Source of the DNA: Eledone cirrhosa
Taxonomy: Eukaryota
Assembly: GCA_964016885.1 (NCBI GenBank)
Contig: OZ024760.1
Location: forward strand, 3,100,001 to 3,164,000
Direction of reading: 5' to 3'
DNA length: 64,000 nt
Position 1 is the stretch's first letter. Each line of letters opens with the position of its first letter. A program made the position numbers and the translations under genes. This document shows positions 42,801-55,068 of the stretch, piece by piece. A model generated the notes under the pieces. It searched no databases. It was given only the letters and a program-made list of their open reading frames with translations, and had not been told where the DNA came from.

Positions 42801-44531
42801 CATTGTTTTCTTGGTGTGATCTGACAATCTACAGACAGTATCAGCAATGGAAAGACCAATGGAAACATTGTTTTCTTGGTGTGATCTGACAATCTACAGA
42901 TAGTATCAGTAATGGAAAGACCAATGGAAACATTGTTTCCTTGGTCAGATCTGACAATCTACAGATAGTATCAGCAATGGAAAGACCAATGGAAACATTG
43001 TTTTCTTGGTGTGATCTGACAATCTACAGATAGTATCAGCAATGGAAAGACCAATGGAAACATAGTTTCCTTGGTCTGATCTGACAATCTACAGATAGTA
43101 TCAGCAATGGAAAGACCAATGGAAACATTGTTTCCTTGGTGTGATCTGACAATCTACAGATAGTATCAGCAATGGAAAGACCAATGGAAACATTGTTTCC
43201 TTGGTGTGATCTGACAATCTACAGATAGTATCAGCAATGGAAAGACCAATGGAAACATTGTTTCCTTGGTGTGATCTGACAATCTACAGATAGTATCAGC
43301 AATGGAAAGACCAATGGAAACATTGTTTTCTTGGTGTGATCTGACAATCTACAGATAGTATCAGCAATGGAAAGACCAATGGAAACATAGTTTCCTTGGT
43401 CTGATCTGACAATCTACAGATAGTATCAGCAATGGAAAGACCAATGGAAACATTGTTTCCTTGGTGTGATCTGACAATCTACAGATAGTATCAGCAATGG
43501 AAAGACCAATGGAAACATTGTTTCCTTGGTGTGATCTGACAATCTACAGATAGTATCAGCAATGGAAAGACCAATGGAAACATTGTTTCCTTGGTGTGAT
43601 CTGACAATCTACAGATAGTATCAGCAATGGAAAGACCAATGGAAACATTGTTTCCTTGGTGTGATCTGACAATCTACAGATAGTATCAGCAATGGAAAGA
43701 CCAATGGAAACATTGTTTCCTTGGTGTGATCTGACAATCTACAGATAGTATCAGCAATGGAAAGACCAATGGAAACATTGTTTCCTTGGTGTGATCTGAC
43801 AATCTACAGATAGTATCAGTAATGGAAAGACCAATGGAAACATTGTTTTCTTGGTCTGATCTGACAATCTACAGATAGTATCAGCAATGGAAAGACCAAT
43901 GGAAACATAGTTTCCTTGGTCAGATCTGACAATCTACAGACAGTATCAGCAATGGAAAGACCAATGGAAACATTGTTTTCTTGGTCTGATCTGACAATCT
44001 ACAGATAGTATCAGCAATGGAAAGACCAATGGAAACATTGTTTTCTTGGTCTGATCTGACAATCTACAGGTAGTATCAGCAATGGAAAGACCAATGGAAA
44101 CATTGTTTCCTTGGTCTGATCTGACAATCTACAGACAGTATCAGCAATGGAAAGACCAATGGAAACATTGCTTTCTGGAGGAGTTGCAACTACCAGTAGA
44201 TAGTATCAGTAATGGTAAGACCATTTTTTTTCTTTACTCATTTTTTCATATTTTGCTAAAGTAGCTACTTTGGATTCATTTACCATTTGCAGGTATTTGG
44301 AAAGAAATACAGGACTTAATCAGTGAGTACAGGAAGAAGTATTTGTTGAATGTTATTGTTGGCCCAGTCTTTGAGAAGAATACTGGGAATGGAACATTCG
44401 ACAATGTTGCTGTTACTGCAGCTCTAGTAAGGTGAGTACAGGGGAGGAGGTCTTCTTCTTCTTTGCCTTCTTCATCATCGTCGTCGTCGTCGTCGTCGTC
44501 GTCGTCATCATCATCATCATCATCATCATCA

Positions 44532-44569
<38 letters not shown>

Positions 44570-46457
44570 TTCTCCTCCTCTTCCTCTTTTTTCTTCATCT
44601 TCCTCCTCCTCCTTCAGTATTTTCCATCCTATGTTTACACTTTTATATGTGTGTGTGTGTGTGTGTGTGTGGTTAATATATATATATGTGTATTTATTAA
44701 CCACACACACACACATATTAACCTCGCACATACATACATATATGTATGTTAGCCACACACATATATTTATTGACACACACATACATACACTATTTATTAA
44801 CCACACACACATATATTAACCTCGCACATACATACATATATGTATATTAGCCACACACATATATTTATTAACCACACATACACACACATACATACACGTA
44901 TTTATTAACCACACATACACATGTATACATTATCCACAAACACACACACACATGTATTTAATACTCAAACACACACATATATTTATTAACCACATACACA
45001 CACACACACACACATATGTATATATATATATATGTGTGTGTGTATATGTGTGTGTATGGGTGTGCCTATGGACTCTATAGCTTCCCTATATCTCCTATAG
45101 TTTTCCTATAATCCACATGGATTTTTATCATCCATATTTATTAACCACACACACACACAAACATACACATATATATATATATATATATATCATCATCATC
45201 ATCATCATCAGGTTTAGCGTCCGTGTTCCACGCTTGCATGGGTTTGGACGGGGGTTTTCCCACTTGAGGCAAGAGTGGTTGTCTTGCTCGCATAGGACTG
45301 TCTGGCGGGTTTTCTACAGTTGGATGCCCTTCCTAACACCAACCACATTTACAGTGTGGGGCTGGGAGGTTTTTACCGTGTTGCCTACACGGCCACATTA
45401 CAGCGTGGACTGTCTGGCGGGTTTTCTACAGCTGGATGCCCTTCCTAACACCAACCACATTTACAGTGTGGGGCTGGGAGGTTTTTACCGTGTTGCCTAC
45501 ACGGCCACATTTACAGCGTGGACTGTGTGTTTTTTGTCGTGACACCTACACGATCTCATTTGTTTCGGCCTGGATGTTGTGGGACCAACATAACTTTACA
45601 TTGAAAGGGGCGGTGTGGGTGGGGTGGAGGTGGTGGGACGGGGGTGTGTTTTGATAGAGGTGCCTACTGACTGTAGTAGGTTTTTACTTTGTATTTAGGT
45701 AAGGCGGGTCTTCTCTATTACTGAGTACCGCCAAAGGTCTCGGTCCAGTGACATTGTCTTGGAGAGGTGTAAGCGTGTGAGGTCGGAATTTATCAGCTCG
45801 TCCCATGTTTTTCTGGGTCTGCCTACTCCGTGGCTACCGTCTATCTTTATTGCCCTGCACTTTGTTATACAGCTGTCGTCTTTCATGCGCATCACGTGAC
45901 CGTACCAACGTAGCCTTCTCTCGAGTAAACAACATCTGATCCCTCTTATTTCTAATTTTTTCCTTAGTTCGTTTATGCTTTGCCGTTCACGTATATTACT
46001 ATTGCACATCCAGCGGAGCATGCAAGCTTCGTTCCTCTCTAGTCTGCGTATATCCTCTGCACACAATGCCCAGGTCTCACTGCCATGCAGCATTGCTGTT
46101 CGTATGCAGGCATCGTATAACCTGCCTTTCATTTTTAGGGAGAACCCTCTAGCGGCTAATAGTGGTATAAGCTCTCTGAACTTTTTCCATCCAGTTCTGA
46201 CTCTAGCTACTGTACTTTCATATATATATATATATATATATGTGAAGGCGTGTGGCTGAGTGGTTAGAGAATTGATTCACAATCTTGAGGTTGTGAGTTC
46301 GATTCCTGGACCAGGTGATGTGTTATGTCCTTGAGCAAGACACTTTATTTCACGTTGCTCCTTCTACCTGGAGTTGCGACCCATAGATTGTATTAGCAAC
46401 TGGAAAGACCAACGGAAACATTGTTTCCTTGGTCCGATTTGACAAAAGTCGATTGAT

Positions 46458-46529
<72 letters not shown>

Positions 46530-49500
46530 TCCTATGGCCTCTATAGCTATTCTATATCTCCTATAGTTTTCCTATAATCCATATAGATATATATCTATTA
46601 ACCACACAAACACATTACACTATTACATGTTCCAGCTGAAAGGCTGAGGCCATGCTGGGGCGCCATCATTGACATATAATTATATTTATTTTGCTTCAAT
46701 TTCAGATCTGAAGAAACCAATATGACATATATGATTCCTAGTCATTTTTATGTCATTTTGAGCAAATGCCAAGGAGGTGATGATAATCTTACAGAATGCA
46801 CAAACAATGCTGAGGTATTGTCGGTAATCCTTCCTCACACCAAAGAAGCCAGCAATTGTATGGTAAGCACTGATTGGGTAAAAGGGTAAAGACTCCCCTT
46901 CGGTCAGGACTGACCATGGGATTTGCACCTAGAAAGCTCCCTTCCGTGGCATAAGTCCAAGCAAGGTTATTTGCGGAAGACCTGTAGTCATCCATGTATA
47001 CCAGTCTCTCCCCCTCTCCATGCCACTGATGTTGTCCAAGGTAAAGGTTTTCAAAATAAATATCAAAATATATAATATTTATTCATACATAGTATATATT
47101 ATATTATATCATTTATTATATATAAATTAACAATATTATATATATTATATATTATTTACAATTTGCGTGTAGGTAGGTCTCTCTGGAAAAAGGGCTGGGG
47201 CGCGCTGAGGGTATTATGTGGCCGTGAAGTGGGGCAATGGCCCCAAAAGTTTCAGAACCTCTGCTCTATAGCTATGAAATACGTTTCACCAAATATATTT
47301 CATATAGGTTTATATACAGTTATCTTGAATAATGTTGTGTTAGTGCTAATCTTAATTTTAAATGTTTCTTTTCTGTTTTTTTATTTTACCTAAAAAAATG
47401 TCTTTAGAGTCCCAGAAAATATATTGAACAGTACCGATCTCGGGTACGAGACATTGAACTTTTGACTGGCATTGAGTTTTTGACAAATTTGTCCAAACCT
47501 GATTCTGTGAGGATGAGGACATTCCTACCTGTAGGACTTTGGGAAGGAGACCGTGTTTCCTCTTGGATGGAGTTACCATTCTGTGAGAAAAAGGATACAA
47601 GTCAGTGCAAAAATATATCAAAGGAGTACGTATACTATCTTTTTGCTTCGTAACTGTTTCTTCATTTCATTCACTATGCAAAGTATCAAAACTGCATCAA
47701 TTAATGGTTTTACTTTTATTTTATTTTACTGCAAACTTTCACTTTGATCTGTCACTAGGAAATATATTAAAAACCGAACATAAGCTGGTGACATCTGACT
47801 TTGAAAGAAATATATGCCAGCCTTCCATGTATATCTGTCATTGTATGTAAAAAGAGAGTAAGATTTGCTGGCCACTGCCATCGTGCCACCTATGAGCCTG
47901 TATCCCCATTAATGCCTTGAAAACCACAAGCAGTCACTAATAACAGGGGGCGCAGCTCTCCTATCCCAATGTCATCTTCAGAGATTCTTGTATTGAAATC
48001 CAGGATTTGGCAACGACAATGAACGATAGATCCACGTGGAGATCAATTGTTGAGTCAATGATGAAGATTTAAAATATATTTCCCAGAATTCCTGGCTAAT
48101 GTGGCTTCATGGGGTACAGGATATTAAGAATTAAAATGTTTCCCAGAATGCCTGGCTAATGTGGTTTCATGTGGTACAGGATATTAAGAATTAAAATGTT
48201 TCCCAGAATGCCTGGCTAATGTGGTTTCATGTGGTACAGGATGTTAAGAGTTAAAATATGTTTTACCTTTTTTTCTTTACAGTGGTCCTACCTTAATATT
48301 TATCTCGTTAGATGGATTCCGAGTAAGCTACATGAATAAGCATGTAACACCTGTAATTGATCGCCTCAGGCAGTGTGGAGTCCATAGTCCCTACATGAAA
48401 CCTGTGTTTCCCTCAATAACCTTCCCAAACCATTTCAGTATGGCGACCGTAAGTAATCTTTCCATAATTTCATACGATATAAACACATAAGTCCTACTCT
48501 CGTGTTATTAGACTTCAGTTAGAGTGAGTTAGAATGTTGAGGGGGAAGTTACATTTGACGCATGTCAAATCGCTTACGAGAAAGTAAAAAGGGATGTCAG
48601 GATAGGCATTGCTGTTGCATTTCCAGACAGCAAAGGTCCTCCTATGGCGCTGACATGCAGCATTTGTGCAAGACTCTGCCTCAGCAAATCTGGACTCGAA
48701 AGTCATCTTCGCAGTCATAAAGTGAGACCAGTGGTTGACTACCAGGCTGTTGTCAAAGATGCTACTCATCATGCCTGTCAAGCATGTGGAAGAGAGTGTA
48801 GCTCAGCAGGAGGGCTCAAACGACATGCAAGGGTACATGAACTCCAATCACAGCTGGCTATTGCCAGTGAATGTTTTGGTTGCCAACTCTGTGCAAGACA
48901 TTTTAGGTCATTGGCTGGGCTAAAAAGCCACATTCGATTGCAGCACCATTAATTATTAATATATATATTTTTTGTTTTGTTTTGTTTTTTCGTGCAATGG
49001 CCATACTCGATAATGAGGGGGCAGCCATCATCATCATCATCATCATCATTTAATATCTGCTTTCCCTGCTAGCAAGGGTTGGATGGGTCTACATAGACCA
49101 AGTCAGTACTGAAGCGGGGCCACTGAAGTCCCAGACAGACTGAGGAGGTATATATTCTGCTTATGTACAAATGATGCCATAAGGGCAAAAACGACAGTAA
49201 AAGTCTTTGCAAGGTATTTAACCCTTTACCATTTACAATACTCTATATATATACTATTATATTTTCATAGTAAAGGCTTTATCTCACATAATTATCTCAC
49301 ATAATATTGAATCTATGAGATTTTGAAAGTATTTATTTTGAGAACAATACCTTAACGTCAGTATGAGTGGCCAGTTACAGCCAGTTTGAACAGAAAGAGG
49401 TGAGAGAACTCTGGCTAGATATGGCCAGTTTAAATGCTCAAGGAATAAATTAATTATACATTTCTCAGGACATGGACAGTGCCAATCAGCACTATTATCT

Positions 49501-52387
49501 GCAGGTGCTTCACTTTCCAGGTATTTGATCCAAATATTTTTCAGTTCCCTTTTTTATCATTTCAAATGCTCCAACTGTCACAGGTATTGTTCAAGCCTTA
49601 ACCCTTTAGTGTTCAAACCGTCCAAAACCGGCCAGAATTCTCTACCTCTTTCTGTTGAAACTGGCTGTAACTGGTCACCCAAACTGATGTTAAGGTATTG
49701 TTTTCAAAATAAATACTTTCAAAATCTCATAGATTCGATATTATGTGAGATAATTATGTGAGGTAAAGCCTTTACCATTAAAATATAATAGTATATATAA
49801 AATAATGTGAATGCTTAAAGGGTTAAGATGCCTGATTTTCTCAGTCTCAGTTAGCAGATCTTTGTATTTACTGAGTTTTCAAAGCTCTTTCGAGATGTTA
49901 CAATCTGATGAATCCTTATGTCAGTTAAGAAGCATGTATTCATTTTATGGTCCTTCACAATTATATCAGATCTGTTGGCCTTGTGGCCTTGTTCTGTCAG
50001 TATTCACAGGGAAATCCCATAGGATTGTCCTGTTCATGCATCCTGTTTCTGAATCTGGGTGTTATTATTATTATTATTATTGGATTATTGGAAGGGAGAT
50101 GGTCGGACACCATGCTTTGCAGCATAGAGTTACGGCCCTTTACGGTCTGAGTTCAAATCCCGCCGTGGTTAACTTTGCCTTTCATCCTTACGAGGTCGAT
50201 AAAATAAAGCACCAGTAATGCACTGGGTAATTGCTGGCCTTGTGCCTAACGTAGAAACAATTATTATAATAATTTGTTAATTAACAGGGCCTCTATCCAG
50301 AAACTCATGGAATTATTGCCAACACTATGTTTGACATAAAACTCAATGCAAGCTTCAGAACACGCAGCACTGAGAATCATTGGTGGAATGCAGAACCGGT
50401 AAGAGAGAATACTTTCTCTGAATCTTCTTAAGATTATTGATACTCAAGCAAAACGCTACATATGATCTACTTATAGTAAAATTGTTGGACTGGTTTAGTA
50501 ATATAACTGATACTCAAGCAAAACACTACATATGATCTACTTATAGTAAAACTGTTGGAGTGGTTTAGTAATATAACTGATACTCAAGCAAAACGCTACA
50601 TATGATCTACTTATAGTAAAACTGTTGGAGTGGTTTAGTAATATAACTGATACTCAAGCAAAACGCTACATATGATCTACTTATAGTAAAACTGTTGGAC
50701 TGGTTTAGTAATATAACTGATACTCAAGCAAAACGCTACATATGATCTACTTATAGTAAAACTGTTGGACTGGTTTAGTAATATAACTGATACTCAAGCA
50801 AAACGCTACATATGATCTACTTATAGTAAAACTGTTGGACTGGTTTAGTAATATAACTGATACTCAAGCAAAACGCTACATATGATCTACTTATAGTAAA
50901 ACTGTTGGACTGGTTTAGTAATATAACTGATACTCAAGCAAAACGCTACATATGATCTACTTATAGTAAAACTGTTGGACTGGTTTAGTAATATAATTGA
51001 TACTCAAGCAAAACACTACAAATGATCTACTTATAGTAAAACTGTTGGACTGGTTTAGTAATATAACTGATACTCAAGCAAAACGCTACATATGATCTAC
51101 TTATAGTAAAACTGTTGGACTGGTTTAGTAATATAATTGATACTCAAGCAAAACACTACATATGATCTACTTATAGTAAAACTGTTGGACTGGTTTAGTA
51201 ATATAACTGATACTCAAGCAAAACACTACATATGATCTACTTATAGTAACACTGTTGGACTGGTTTAGTAATATAACTGATACTCAAGCAAAACACTACA
51301 TATGATCTACTTATAGTAAAACTGTTGGACTGGTTTAGTAATATAACTGATACTCAAGCAAAACGCTACATATGATTTACTTATAGTAAAACTGTTAGAC
51401 TGGTTTAGTAATATAACTGATACTCAAGCAAAATGCTACATATGATCTACTTATAGTAAAACTGTTGGACTGGTTTAGTAATATAACTGATACTCAAGCA
51501 AAACACTACATATGATCTACTTATAGTAAAACTGTTGGACTGGTTTAGTAATATAACTTAGCTTTATCATTATTAAGTTGACGTTTGGAACATAACTTAA
51601 TGAAGGTTAACATAGAATCATGATGGAAAGTTTTAGATAAATATAAAAATATTGTTTTCAAGTTGGTGCTTGGAACATAACTTAACAAAGGTTATTACAT
51701 TTTGGCAGTATCGGTAGAGGGTCGGACGCCATGCTTTCCAGCATAGTTACGTCCCTTTACGATCTGAGTTCAAATCCCGCCGAGGTTGACTTTGCCTTTC
51801 ATCCTTACGGGGTCGATAAAATAAAGTACCAGTAATACACTGGGTATTTGCTGGCCTTGTGCCTAACGTAGAAACAGTTATTACATTTATAATGGAAAGA
51901 TTTTAGATAAATATGAAAATATGGTTTAGTATTATAACTTAGCTTTCTCATAATTAAGTTGGTGTTTGGAACATAACTTAACAAAGGTTATTACATAAAA
52001 TTATGATGGAAGGTTTTTAGATAAATATAAACACTTTAAAACAAACAGCTTAGCCTTATAAAACAAGGGGTGGTTTCAGTTAGTTTCAAATTAAAAGGGT
52101 TAAATTCAGATAAATATTAAACTAGGTTGTTGTTGTTTTTTTGTAGGGGTAGGGGCAGGGTTATTATTTTGGGGGTTGTTTCAGGAAAAAAGACAGAAGG
52201 TTAATAACTATTTATTTTTTTTTAGATCTGGAAGAGATTAACAGATAATGGAATACAAACTGCATCTCTCTATCCTGGCAACACTGTAGAGAGTAAGTAT
52301 CACACACTCACACATTTATGTATGTATATATGCATACATATATATATATATATATATATATGTGTCTGTATATATACATACACACAC

Positions 52388-52452
<65 letters not shown>

Positions 52453-53459
52453 CATACATACACACAGTTATATATATATATATGTGTCTGTATATATATA
52501 CATACACACACTATTATATATATATACATACAGACACACAATTATATATATATATATGTGTGTCTGTATATATATACATACACACACTATTATATATATA
52601 TATACATATACATACATACACACAGTTATATATATATATATGTGTTTGTCTGTATATATACATACACACACTATTATATATATATATATATATACATACA
52701 TACACACAGTTATATATATATATATGTGTGTGTCTGTATATATACATACACACACTATTATATATATATATGGTGGCTGCCAACTCGTTTTCGAGTACGG
52801 CCACTACTTTATATCCATGTAGGAGAACCTCTACCGATGCGCTGAACGAGTGTGACTTTTTAGTCCAGCCAGCGACTTGAAAACTCTGGTACAAACACTA
52901 CACCTGTGACAATTATTGACACATAGTGCTGGGCCCATGGCACCATGTGACGACAAGTGCAGAGAGATCTCCAGATATAAAGCAATGCCTGTGCCGTGAA
53001 GCTTTTATAGTGAGCAAAGGCACTGCACAAAGCCAGTCCCACTCTCTTAACCAAGATGATATTTACCAAAAAGAAGAACAAGTCAACATCATTGGATACC
53101 ATCAGGGTTGCAGGTGTTATATCAGAGTTTTCCTTCTCCTAGAATTCTGCCTTGACAAAGGCTAAGGGATCGTCTCTCCCGGTGATTTTGGATGGCCATT
53201 GACTCTTAAGAGCTCCTTTGCCCTTTGACAGGTTTTGTTTTTAGTCCTGCAGGATGTCCAAAGTCACCCTCCTCACCAAGAAACCTTGGTGGGGCTGCCA
53301 GTTTAGTCGCCAACGACCCGACCATGAGACAGGTTGCACCGAGATACATGTTACCAGTAGCACCAACTGGTGACCTGACATATATATATATATATATACA
53401 TACACACAGTTATATATATATATATATATGTGTGTGTCTGTATATATACATACACACAC

Positions 53460-53497
<38 letters not shown>

Positions 53498-53977
53498 GAA
53501 AACCAAACAATGCACTAGAAAGAAAATTAAAATTGCTAAGATAACAAAAAATTCTTATCTTAGCAAATTTAAAAACCCTTTATCAAGAGAGTATCCCTAT
53601 GAAAAACTTAAATGATCGATTGGAATTAACTTGCTAAGGTAAGATTCTTTTGTTATCTTAGCAATTTTTATTTTCTTTCCAGTGCATTGTTTATTTTTGA
53701 AAATTATTTAAATTTGTGTTTCCTATTCAACAATGCTTCAAGCAAAGCAAACTATAACACTCTATTAAGGGTGAAAGCAGCGATTCTTTGCTTAAACTTT
53801 AATCTGTTATTTTAATAAATATTTGCTCTAGGGTTCTTATATATTTGATATATATTTATCCTTATCGAGCCCTCTTTGGATTTTAGTCTTCACATTTATT
53901 ATTATTACTATATATATATAGGAACGAGTAGGACCCCGACGGCTGAGCTGAAGCCGTTTCGACGGCTAATTCTGGAC

Positions 53978-54028
<51 letters not shown>

Positions 54029-54193
54029 AGATCAAAAGATAGTTTAAAGAGTTCCAAATATTTTATTATGCGTATTTCAAAAACAAATATCATCATGGGA
54101 TGATATTTACGTTCTCATCAGATAAAATAGGGAGACATGATATGAAGCTTAAAAAACACTTGTGAGGAATGAAGTTTTAAAACAACATATATC

Positions 54194-54243
<50 letters not shown>

Positions 54244-55011
54244 CATGAGTGAATAATAATATTATAATAATTGTTTCTACTTTTGGCACAAGGTCAGCAA
54301 TTATCCCAGTGTATTACTGGTACTTTATTTTATCAACCCCGTAAGGATGAAAAGTTAACCTCGGCGGGATTTGAACTCAGACCATAAAGGGCCGTAACTC
54401 TATGCTGCAAAGCATGGCATCTGACCCTCTACTGATACTGCCAATCCACCGCCCCTATAATATTATAATAATACCATAATAATATTGTTCCTCAATGTCA
54501 GTGTCGAACAAACAAGTGATGATGGGTCACTGGCATGGCACAGCTTTAATCGGGCCCTTCGTTTACAAACGAATCAAACATTATTATTGGGCGGTGAATT
54601 GGCAGTATCGGTAGAGGGTCGGACACCATGGCAGTATCGGTAGAGGGTCGGACACCATGGCAGTATCAGTAGAGGGTCGGACGCCATTCTTTCCAGCATA
54701 GTTACGTCCCTTTACGATCTGAGTTCAAATCCTGCCGAGGTTAACTTTGCCTTTCATCCTTACGGGGTCGATAAAATAAAGTACCAGTAATGTACTGGGT
54801 AATTACTGGCCTTGTGCCTAAAGTAGAAACAATTATATTATATTTATACGTCCCTTTATGGTCTGAGTTCAAATCCCGCCGAGGTTGACTTTGCCTTTCA
54901 ACCTTACGGGGTCGATAAAATAAAGTACCAGTAATGTACTGGGTAATTACTGGCCTTGTGCCTAACGTAGAAACAATTATTACTGTTCGATATAACCCAT
55001 ACATACATATG

Positions 55012-55068
<57 letters not shown>

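Noticed and set aside
8846-44170. CRISPR-like array (palindromic repeat with regular period)
   Set aside because: No unique spacers, the whole 65 bp repeats, no cas genes, eukaryotic intron context.
53221-53379. Possible HDV-like ribozyme at a LINE 5' end (minus strand)
   Set aside because: A P3/L3-like hairpin is visible but I could not build P1 and P2 pairings.
53921-53980. Minus-strand GAAACGGCT...AGCCGTC resembling the 3' half of a hammerhead
   Set aside because: No CUGANGA or stem I partner; at most a truncated remnant between (TA)n tracts.
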